Made by a program: the position numbers and the translations under genes. Shown here piece by piece: positions 55,073 through 62,967 of a DNA stretch of 64,000 nucleotides. A model generated the notes under the pieces. It made no database searches and had not been told where the DNA came from. It saw nothing but the letters and a program-made list of their open reading frames with translations. Numbering within the stretch: position 1 is the stretch's first letter; each line of letters begins with the position of its first letter. The stretch lies in the NCBI GenBank assembly GCA_965369325.1, contig CBDUQI010000003.1, positions 3,639-67,638 on the forward strand, read 5' to 3'. Source of the DNA: an uncultured Gammaproteobacteria bacterium. GTDB taxonomy: Bacteria > Pseudomonadota > Gammaproteobacteria > Steroidobacterales > JBCBZW01.

Positions 55073-55504
55073 CTATTTTGACGTAGGCGGCTTGTTGCAA
55101 CGCACTTGATCCACGGTCCAAAACCGGGCGACGGCTGCACTCTGGCGCAGTAGGTAGTCGTTTTGCACGGCCAACGCTTCGCGCTCCCGCTGGTGGCTGT
55201 CATCGCAGCTGTCGCTATCAAAGCGCCCGCTTTGATGCTGCAGGAAGTGCACAAACTCGTGCACCAGCAATGATTGCACCTCCACCGTATCGATCTCGCG
55301 ATAGCGTTGGTGTATGTAGATTATGCCGTTGTCGTCGTACCACCCCGCCACTTGGCAATCATGTTCACCGCACACCTGTTCAACAAAAAAACTGTGCGGC
55401 TGAAATTGCACCTGCGGTGGTTGTGCCGGCGCATCATAGCTTGACAACTGCACCGCCCAGCTGAGCAGGGTAAGCATCGTTTCGCTGAGTGCACTACTCA
55501 TCAT
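55073..55504 (-). CDS. small HExxH protein (putative zinc metallopeptidase-like), last gene of the kynurenine operon
   Basis: Carries LLVHEFVHFLQH. Its start (ATG 55504 or 55501) overlaps the kmo stop (55494-55496). The N-terminus is mildly hydrophobic. Confidence 0.55.
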   Translation of the reverse strand: MMSSALSETMLTLLSWAVQLSSYDAPAQPPQVQFQPHSFFVEQVCGEHDCQVAGWYDDNGIIYIHQRYREIDTVEVQSLLVHEFVHFLQHQSGRFDSDSCDDSHQREREALAVQNDYLLRQSAAVARFWTVDQVRCNKPPTSK

Positions 55505-56882
55505 CCGCTGCCGTTTGCCGGATATCGAGCGGCGGCAGCTGTTGCAGCACCAGCTGTGCGCCGTATTCAAAGTCCACATCTTCGATGCGCGAGGCGTGGT
55601 GCGTTATCTGCCTCAGAATCCGCTCTTGTATTTCCCCTCGGTGCAGGGCTTGCGCATAGGGGATATGGCGGAAAGAGATCATGGTGTAGCGGGGCACAAA
55701 CCGGGTCGGATGGCGCCGTTCCAGCTCCCATGCGAGCTGCTTGCGCAAGTGAAAGCCGGGGTCGCGCACCGAATCGCGCATTTCAATATAGTTCTCCAGC
55801 GCCATTTGCGCGATTGCGTCGGTGTTAGGTTTGCGTGCCGCCTGGAATCGGGAGAATACGCTTTCCCAAGTGCCCTGCGGATGTGTCAGGCAAGCATCCA
55901 GTTCGCGGCAATCCTCGAACGCCGCGTTCATCCCCTGGCCGTGAAACGGCACAATACCGTGCGCGGCATCACCAATAAGCAACGCGTTACCACCCACGTG
56001 CCAAGGGTAGGCGTGCACGGTTTGCATCCGCCCGGTTGGGTTGTCGAAGAACTCCTGCTCAAGCGCCGGGATCAATGGCGCAACGTCGGAAAACTCGCGA
56101 GCGAAAAACTCGCGTACCTCTGAAGGTGTATTGAGTCGGTCGAAGCCAGGATCGCCCCGCCTGGGCATGAATAACGTCACCGTAAAGCTGCCATCCAGAT
56201 TGGGCAGCGCAATCAGCATGTGCGATCCACGGGGCCAGATGTGCAACGCATCCGGTGCGATCCGGTGTGCGCCCTGCGGGCCAGCCGGCAACGTCAGCTC
56301 TTTGTAATCGTGAGGCAGGTACTCCACGCTTGCCTCGAAGCCATCGCGCGCCATCATCTGGCGACGAATCCGCGAAGTTGCGCCACCGGCACAGATTACC
56401 GGGCCGTGGGTGAATTCACGATGCTCACCGCTGTGTTTGTCTAGGACGCGCATGGCGCCGGTGTCGAAGTCCACCTGCTCCACACGATGCTCAAAGTACA
56501 ATCGCACGTGTTCGTGTGCGTCGGCCGCATGCAGCAGGAGTATGTTCAAGTGGGCGCGGGAGACGGAGTAAATTACCTCATCGGGCCGCTGTCCGTAAGG
56601 TTGCCGTCGCAGCTCGCCCTGTAAATCGTGCATCATGCGCCCGCGCATGGAAGTCAGCAGCGGCTGCACATCGTGCTCCAGGCCAACCTGTTGCAGGGCG
56701 GCTAGGCCGCGGTTCGCGAGCGCCAAGTTAATCGATCGGCCAGCGGGAATTGGCGTGTTGCGCATATCCACCCGCCGTTCAAACAAGTGCACCTCGATGC
56801 CTCGGCGGGCCAGGTAGATCGCCAGCAACGATCCGGCCAGACCGGCGCCGATAATATTTACCGGAGCATGCGGCAGCGGCAT
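55494..56882 (-). CDS. kmo: kynurenine 3-monooxygenase
   Basis: Has the FAD fingerprint NIIGAGLAGSLLAIYLARRG and the blocks LIGDAAHGIVPFHGQGMNAAFED. ATG 56882 lies 4 nt after the kynU stop. Confidence 0.9.
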   Translation of the reverse strand: MPLPHAPVNIIGAGLAGSLLAIYLARRGIEVHLFERRVDMRNTPIPAGRSINLALANRGLAALQQVGLEHDVQPLLTSMRGRMMHDLQGELRRQPYGQRPDEVIYSVSRAHLNILLLHAADAHEHVRLYFEHRVEQVDFDTGAMRVLDKHSGEHREFTHGPVICAGGATSRIRRQMMARDGFEASVEYLPHDYKELTLPAGPQGAHRIAPDALHIWPRGSHMLIALPNLDGSFTVTLFMPRRGDPGFDRLNTPSEVREFFAREFSDVAPLIPALEQEFFDNPTGRMQTVHAYPWHVGGNALLIGDAAHGIVPFHGQGMNAAFEDCRELDACLTHPQGTWESVFSRFQAARKPNTDAIAQMALENYIEMRDSVRDPGFHLRKQLAWELERRHPTRFVPRYTMISFRHIPYAQALHRGEIQERILRQITHHASRIEDVDFEYGAQLVLQQLPPLDIRQTAADDE

Positions 56883-56886
56883 GATG

Positions 56887-58224
56887 TCAGTCTCCGATGT
56901 GCGGCCCGGAGGCATCTGCAGGTGGCGTAAGATCGGGCAGCACTAGCTGGCGCAGGATGCTGACGAAGGCGAACACGTCTTCAAAGCGGTTATACAACGG
57001 GACCGGCGCGATACGAATAACGTCCGGTTCGCGCCAGTCGCCGATCACCCCGTGTGCCTCTAGCGCCTCAAACAGTGCGCGTCCCTGGCGGGCGCCCTGG
57101 CGTACCCGCAGCGATAGCTGGCACCCGCGCCGCGCAGGGTTCAGTGGCGTGATGATCTGTATCTGCTCGTCTAGTTGTTGGGTCAACAGCAACTGCAGGT
57201 AGCCGCTCAGTTGCAGCGACTTTGCGCGCAACGCCTCCATCCCCGTGTCGTCGAACATCTGCAGTGAGGCTAGTAGCGGCGCGAATGCCAGAATCGGCGG
57301 ATTGCTTAACTGCCAGCCTTCGGCGCTGTCAATCGGGCTGAAGTTAGGGCCCATTTGGAATCGCGTGGCTTTGTCGTGTCCCCACCATCCGGCCAGCCGG
57401 GGCAACGTGGCCTGGTGAGAATGGCGCTGGTGTACAAAACACCCGGCAACTGCGCCAGGGCCGGCGTTCAGGTACTTGTACGTGCACCAAACGGCAAAGT
57501 CTGCATTCCACTCATGCAGGGCCAAGGGGATATTGCCGATGGCGTGTGCAAGGTCGAAGCCGACGCGCGCGCCCGCCTTACGTGCGTGCCGAGTAATCGC
57601 CGCCATGTCATAGACTTCACCGGTGTAGTACTGCACGCCGGGTAGTAACACTAGAGCAATCTCGGGTCCCGCTTGGTCGATGTAGGTGAGCAGGTCTTCG
57701 GTGCGCACGGCCTGCTCGCCCGGGCGCGGGGCGATTTCGATCAGCCCTTGCTCGGCGTTGAGCCCGTGTAAATCCAGGTGTGACTGGACCGCGTAGCGGT
57801 CCGAAGGAAAGGCGTCTTGTTCGATGAGAATTTTACGCCGCGCTCCCTCCGGCCGGTAAAAAGTGGTCAACATCAGGTGCAGATTGACAGTGAGGGAGTT
57901 CATGCACACCACTTCGTCCTCATGTGCCCCCACCAGCGTGGCCGTAGGCCCGGCCGCCAACTCGTGGTATCGGGCCCACGGGCGCAGCCCCTTAAAGTGC
58001 CCCAGTACACCGAGGTTGCGCCATTCGTCCAGTTCCTGGTGGACGTAGGTTGCGGCCGCGTGTGGTTGCAGGCCCAGTGAGTTACCGCACAGGTAGATGC
58101 AGCGCTGCGTACCCAGCCGTGGGATATGAAACTGCTCGACCGTCTTGCGCAACGGATCGGCCTGGTCCAGGTCGCGGGCAACGCTCAGGGCTGCGCCCGG
58201 CATATCGGCAATTGACAAGCTCAC
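56887..58224 (-). CDS. kynU: kynureninase
   Basis: Has the PLP-lysine context WCTYKYLNAGPGAVAG and an N-terminal block similar to kynureninases (IYLCGNSLGLQP). Confidence 0.92.
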   Translation of the reverse strand: MSLSIADMPGAALSVARDLDQADPLRKTVEQFHIPRLGTQRCIYLCGNSLGLQPHAAATYVHQELDEWRNLGVLGHFKGLRPWARYHELAAGPTATLVGAHEDEVVCMNSLTVNLHLMLTTFYRPEGARRKILIEQDAFPSDRYAVQSHLDLHGLNAEQGLIEIAPRPGEQAVRTEDLLTYIDQAGPEIALVLLPGVQYYTGEVYDMAAITRHARKAGARVGFDLAHAIGNIPLALHEWNADFAVWCTYKYLNAGPGAVAGCFVHQRHSHQATLPRLAGWWGHDKATRFQMGPNFSPIDSAEGWQLSNPPILAFAPLLASLQMFDDTGMEALRAKSLQLSGYLQLLLTQQLDEQIQIITPLNPARRGCQLSLRVRQGARQGRALFEALEAHGVIGDWREPDVIRIAPVPLYNRFEDVFAFVSILRQLVLPDLTPPADASGPHIGD

Positions 58225-59036
58225 ACCAACTCCATCGGAAAAATCAACGGCCTGCTCGGCGCCGCATCGTTCATAAAAGGCGCCACCTGCAGGTTCAGTA
58301 CGTACAGCCCGTCGCCGATTTCGTTTGGTACATAAACCAACTCAGTAATGGTGGCCTGCAAACGCTGTACCTGATCCACTGCGTGGGTCTGCGGCGGCAT
58401 GCCGAAAAAAATGCGGTGCGTGGCCAGATGTCCCCCATCGTGCGCGCGGTCGATTGATGGGGTATCCACCAGCAGGTGCTCCACCCCGCGCCGTACCAGA
58501 TAGGTCATGGCGTCGCTGGAGAAGAAAGCGGTGGGGTTGTCGCCCTCGTATTTGCGCCGCGGTTTGCTGGCATCATTGGGCGTCGTACGCACGATTAGCG
58601 CTGGTACGCGAGGGAACTCGCCCAGCCCCTTACGCAACGCCTCGCAGGTGATCAGGCGATCGCTTTCAACCAGCGGATGGGCGGTGAGATCGCCCGTATC
58701 AATCGCTGGCGTGGGCCCGACCGTTAACAGCACCGCAGGCAGCAAGGTCTCGCTGGCCACTGAGCGGATCGCGACCCGCTCATCAGTGAGGTGTCCCGCG
58801 CACTCGGTATGGGTGCCGTTGCAGTGTGGGTTCAGGTGCAGCACCCGCGCGTTGCAGCTGCCGCCCTCGCGCGTGTCGCCGATGAACTCGCCGCTCACCA
58901 TCGGCTCACCGGTGGCGATACTGGCATCAAAATGATTGGGTTGTGGGCCATCGAATGCCAGCGGAATGGAGATGTCGTAGAGGCGATGCGTGTCAAAACG
59001 GTAACGCCGTCCGCGATGTGAAAACTGCAACTTCAA
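58221..59036 (-). CDS. cyclase-family protein, candidate kynurenine formamidase with variant metal motif
   Basis: Cyclase-family blocks LLVDTPSIDRAHDGGHLATHRIFF and the C-terminal DAAPSRPL. The metal motif reads HCNGTHTECAGH, whereas the canonical form is HxGTHxDxPxH. It has 4-nt overlaps inside the kynurenine operon. Confidence 0.55.
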   Translation of the reverse strand: MKLQFSHRGRRYRFDTHRLYDISIPLAFDGPQPNHFDASIATGEPMVSGEFIGDTREGGSCNARVLHLNPHCNGTHTECAGHLTDERVAIRSVASETLLPAVLLTVGPTPAIDTGDLTAHPLVESDRLITCEALRKGLGEFPRVPALIVRTTPNDASKPRRKYEGDNPTAFFSSDAMTYLVRRGVEHLLVDTPSIDRAHDGGHLATHRIFFGMPPQTHAVDQVQRLQATITELVYVPNEIGDGLYVLNLQVAPFMNDAAPSRPLIFPMELV

Positions 59037-59046
59037 CGCCGGCTCC

Positions 59047-59562
59047 TCAGTCGGGCACGCTCATTACCGTGGCGCATTCGCCGCACGTGCGCAGGGCCTC
59101 GCTGGCAAAGAATTTCTCGAACAGCGGGCTCAGTTGGGTCTCGATGTTCTCAAGCACAAAGTACTCGCTGTGCAGGCGATGGTTGCAACGCTCGCAATAC
59201 CACATGAAGCCGTCCAACTCGCCCGCGACTCGTTGACGTTCCACCACCAGCCCCACGGTGTCGGGGAAGCGTTGCGGTGAGTGTGGCACGTGGGCCGGCA
59301 GCAGAAACATCTCACCTTCGCAGATGGGGATATCTACCCGTTGCCCGTCCTGCATGGTCGCAAGCAACATGTCCCCTTGGATCTGATAGAACAGCTCCTC
59401 GCCGGGGTCATCATGATAGTCCTTGCGTGCGTTGGGCCCGCCCACCACCATCACGATGGTGTCGGCATCGGTAAAGATCCGCTTGTTACAAACCGGCGGA
59501 CGTAATGCCTCTCGGTGCTCGTCAATCCACTGCAAAAAATTAATCGGTTTGAGCGTCGCCAC
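59047..59562 (-). CDS. nbaC: 3-hydroxyanthranilate 3,4-dioxygenase
   Basis: Has the cupin blocks EELFYQIQGDM and FLLPAHVPHSPQR, plus C-terminal rubredoxin-like cysteines (CERCNHRL..CGEC). The GTG start lies after AAGGAGG. Confidence 0.9.
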   Translation of the reverse strand: MATLKPINFLQWIDEHREALRPPVCNKRIFTDADTIVMVVGGPNARKDYHDDPGEELFYQIQGDMLLATMQDGQRVDIPICEGEMFLLPAHVPHSPQRFPDTVGLVVERQRVAGELDGFMWYCERCNHRLHSEYFVLENIETQLSPLFEKFFASEALRTCGECATVMSVPD

Positions 59563-59664
59563 GCAGCCTCCTTATGATGAGTGCAAGCGTTGCCTGGGGC
59601 AACGTTGAGCAGCTAAGAGTATGCCGCGTGCGGGCGGGGTATGCAGTAGCAATTTGTTTCGTCC

Positions 59665-60483
59665 CTATCCGCATGCGACCCCCACCCAGGCCTCATGATC
59701 ATCATTCAGGTTGGCGGCCGACAGGGTGTTGCCCCAGACGCAACCGCTGTCCAGCCCGATCAAGCCCTGCTCGCGGTAGCGGCCGAGCGCTGCCCAATGC
59801 CCGAATACAACACGGGTGCCCGCCCAAGCGCGCTGGGGCAGGTCGAACCACGGCGTCAGGCCAGCTGCTTGCTCGCCTGGTGCGCCTTTGAACTTGTGCT
59901 CCAGCGTCCCATCGGCAAAACAAAAGCGCACACGCGTGAGGTAGGCCGTGGTAGTTACCAGACGAGTCATACCAGTTAGATCGTGGTGCCAGCGATCCGC
60001 CTGGTGGCGGTAGCACAAATCCAGAAACTCTTGTGCCTCATCGCTGCGCAGTACGGCTTGCACCTCATTGGCGCATTGTGTGGCATCGGCCAGCGTCCAT
60101 TGCGGTGCCAGCCCGGCGTGCACCAGCGTCCAGTCGGCGCTGGCATCGTGATGCAGCAGCGCCAGTCCGCGCAGCCAGTGGATCAACTCATCCCGGTCAG
60201 GCGCCTGCAACACGGGCAGCAAGGTGTCGCTGGCGCGATGTTTCGCGCTTGGCACTTCCAGCGCTAGCGCGATCAGATGCAGATCGTGATTGCCGAGCAC
60301 CACGTGTGCGCTGTCGCCCAGTTGTTTGACTGTGCGCAGTACCCTGAGTGAGTCGGGCCCGCGGTTGACCAAGTCGCCGCAGAACCACAACTGGTCCTGG
60401 GCGGGATCGAACGCTAGTGCGTCGAGCAGGCGGTGCAGTGGCTCGGCACAACCCTGCACGTCGCCAATCGCGTAAATACTCAC
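59665..60483 (-). CDS. apaH: bis(5'-nucleosyl)-tetraphosphatase (symmetrical)
   Basis: N-terminus MSIYAIGDVQGC, plus GDLVNRGPDS and GNHD metallophosphatase motifs. Confidence 0.92.
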   Translation of the reverse strand: MSIYAIGDVQGCAEPLHRLLDALAFDPAQDQLWFCGDLVNRGPDSLRVLRTVKQLGDSAHVVLGNHDLHLIALALEVPSAKHRASDTLLPVLQAPDRDELIHWLRGLALLHHDASADWTLVHAGLAPQWTLADATQCANEVQAVLRSDEAQEFLDLCYRHQADRWHHDLTGMTRLVTTTAYLTRVRFCFADGTLEHKFKGAPGEQAAGLTPWFDLPQRAWAGTRVVFGHWAALGRYREQGLIGLDSGCVWGNTLSAANLNDDHEAWVGVACG

Positions 60484-60562
60484 AACGCTCGCCGGCTAGA
60501 TGGCGCCGAGCGGCTGCGCACGTCGCTGGCGGCAGGCGGGGTGCTGGCGGAGCGATGCCGGT

Positions 60563-60946
60563 CTAGTGCAGCGATCCGGGGATGGCCAGCGTGAATGGGG
60601 AGATGGGGGCTTTGAAGCGTTTGCCGTCATCCGCGATCCACTGATAGTGCCCCTCCATTGCGCCGACGGGTGTTTCAAGTACCGCCCCGCTGCTGTATCG
60701 GAACCCCTCGCCGGGCTTAAGATAGGGCTTTTCTCCCACCACGCCCTCGCCGGCCACTTCCTGCACTTTGCCGTTGGCATCGGTGATAAGCCAGTGACGG
60801 GTGAGCAGACGAGCGGGTACATCGCCTTCGTTACGCATGGTGACGGTGTAGCCGAACACGTAGCGATCGTCCTCTGGGTTGGACTGATCGTCGATAAATC
60901 GCGTCTCGACCTGCACTTTGATGTCGTAGTCAGTATGTTCGCTCAT
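60563..60946 (-). CDS. apaG: ApaG protein
   Basis: 127 aa with the blocks YVFGYTVTMRNEG and RHWLITDANGKVQEVAGEGVVGEKP. Confidence 0.9.
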   Translation of the reverse strand: MSEHTDYDIKVQVETRFIDDQSNPEDDRYVFGYTVTMRNEGDVPARLLTRHWLITDANGKVQEVAGEGVVGEKPYLKPGEGFRYSSGAVLETPVGAMEGHYQWIADDGKRFKAPISPFTLAIPGSLH

Positions 60947-61159
60947 GGGTAACCCCTAAGCTCAAGCGGTGTCCAATTGTTATTCAGTACTTCCTTAGGC
61001 GGGCAGGCTGCTGAGGCAAGGGTGTGATTCAGCGTCAGTGACTGTGTCGCCTGTTCGAGAGGGTACCGCATTGCAGGTATGCAGCGACAGCCCCAACACC
61101 CGTAGATTCAGTGCATTATGTGGCGAATGCGTTCAAAAACATGAATATACAACCATCGA

Positions 61160-61966
61160 TCAAGGGGCAGGCGTGGAGGCGGCTAATGCCGCGCTGGCCG
61201 CATTCGCCAGCTGGGCAAACTGCTTAGGTAGCAGGCGCTCCGGGCGAATGCCCGGGTCGATGCCAAGCGCCACAATGGCCTCGCTGTTCAGGAGGCCGCG
61301 CAGGCCGTTGCGCAGAGTTTTGCGCCGCATGGAGAAGGTTTGGCGCACTAGGCGATCAAACATCGGCAGGTCGTCGACGGTGAAGGCCGGTTCGCGCCGC
61401 ACGTCAATACGTACGAGGCTTGAGTCTACTTTCGGCGGCGGTGTGAACGCGCTCGGGGCAATGTCAAACAAAGCACTGATGCGGCAACGCTGCGCCAGCA
61501 TAACCGTTAGGCGTCCGTAGGTTTTATCACCCGGGCTCGCCGCCATCCGCTGAACAACTTCTTTTTGCAACATGAAATGCATGTCCAGAATGTGCGCGTG
61601 AAAGCGCAGCAGGTGGAACAGCAGCGGGGTGGATATGTTATACGGCAGGTTTCCGGTCAACCGCAGCAGCGGCGCCTCTGGGGTTGAGCGCAAAGTGGCA
61701 AAGTCGAACCTCAGCGCGTCGGCTTGATGCACGGTCAGTTCGCCTGCGCTGGCCATCGACTTGATCAGGCCGGGCACAATGTCGCGGTCCAACTCGATGG
61801 CGGTGAGCCGTTGGCAGCGTTGCAGCATCGGGCGGGTAATCGCGCCGGGGCCCGGACCGATTTCTACGATTGTCTGATCTGGCATCGGGCTAATCGCCTG
61901 CACGATCGCTTCAATCACCGCGGGATCGCGCAGAAAGTGCTGGCCAAAGCGTTTACGTGTTTGCAT
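61160..61966 (-). CDS. rsmA: 16S rRNA (adenine1518/1519-N6)-dimethyltransferase
   Basis: MQTRKRFGQHFLRD plus the SAM motif VEIGPGPGAIT and NLPYNISTP. The start overlaps the pdxA 3' end. Confidence 0.92.
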   Translation of the reverse strand: MQTRKRFGQHFLRDPAVIEAIVQAISPMPDQTIVEIGPGPGAITRPMLQRCQRLTAIELDRDIVPGLIKSMASAGELTVHQADALRFDFATLRSTPEAPLLRLTGNLPYNISTPLLFHLLRFHAHILDMHFMLQKEVVQRMAASPGDKTYGRLTVMLAQRCRISALFDIAPSAFTPPPKVDSSLVRIDVRREPAFTVDDLPMFDRLVRQTFSMRRKTLRNGLRGLLNSEAIVALGIDPGIRPERLLPKQFAQLANAASAALAASTPAP

Positions 61967-62966
61967 GCGGTGCGGGCCCACTGCATGGCTGGGGTACGCC
62001 AGTCATCTGCGCGGCCATTTCAATCGCGGCGAACATACTGCCAGGGTGGGCGGTGCCGGTCAGTGCCAGATCGAGTGCGGTACCGTGATCCACGGAGGTG
62101 CGCACGAATGGGAGGCCGAGTGTCACGTTGACGGCTTCGCCAAAGCCACTGTGTTTGAGCACTGGCAGGCCCTGGTCATGATACATGGCAAGTACAGCGT
62201 CTACGCCCTGCAAGCGCTCACGGGTAAACGCCGTATCGGCCGGCAGTGGCCCGATTAACTGCATGCCCTGCTCACGCAACTGAGCCAGCGCCGGCTGGAT
62301 GACCTGGATCTCTTCCTGACCCAGGTGCCCGTCTTCGCCAGCGTGCGGGTTGAGCCCGCACACCAGGATGCGCGGGCGGGCAATACCAAAGCGGGTTTTC
62401 AGATCGCTGTGCAGAATGTTCAGCACCTCGTGCAGACGCTGCTCGGTAATCGCATCCGGCACCTCGCGAAGTGGCAGATGGGTGGTGGCTAGCGCCACGC
62501 GCAAGTGCGCGCTGGCCAGAATCATCACGGTGGTAGGCACGCCCGCGCCAGCCGCCAGAAACTCGGTATGCCCGGTAAAGGGGACGCCCGCCTCGTTGAT
62601 AACGCCTTTGTGCACCGGTGCGGTCACAATGCCGGCGTATCGTCCGCTCATGCACGCGCCGACGGTGTACCGAAGTACTTCCAGCACGTGTGCGGCATTC
62701 TCACGGTTTAGCTGTCCGGGCTCGACCGGGCATCGCACCGGCACGTGCACATACGGCAGATGGCCTGGTCGATGTACCTGCGGTGCTGGGTCTGCGTGCG
62801 CTTGGGCATGCAGCTTGATGTCCAGCCCCAGGTGCGCGGCGCGTGCCCGCAGCACCTGCTCATCGCCCACAGCGACCAGCGCGCAGGGCCAGGGTTTGGC
62901 GGCAGCGCGCAGGCATAGCTCCGGGCCGATACCTGCCGGCTCGCCGCAGCTCAGCAACAGCGCCAT
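61953..62966 (-). CDS. pdxA: 4-hydroxythreonine-4-phosphate dehydrogenase
   Basis: Blocks GEPAGIGPEL, FTGHTEFL, GLNPHAGE and VDHGTALD. Confidence 0.92.
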   Translation of the reverse strand: MALLLSCGEPAGIGPELCLRAAAKPWPCALVAVGDEQVLRARAAHLGLDIKLHAQAHADPAPQVHRPGHLPYVHVPVRCPVEPGQLNRENAAHVLEVLRYTVGACMSGRYAGIVTAPVHKGVINEAGVPFTGHTEFLAAGAGVPTTVMILASAHLRVALATTHLPLREVPDAITEQRLHEVLNILHSDLKTRFGIARPRILVCGLNPHAGEDGHLGQEEIQVIQPALAQLREQGMQLIGPLPADTAFTRERLQGVDAVLAMYHDQGLPVLKHSGFGEAVNVTLGLPFVRTSVDHGTALDLALTGTAHPGSMFAAIEMAAQMTGVPQPCSGPAPHANT

Positions 62967-62967
62967 G

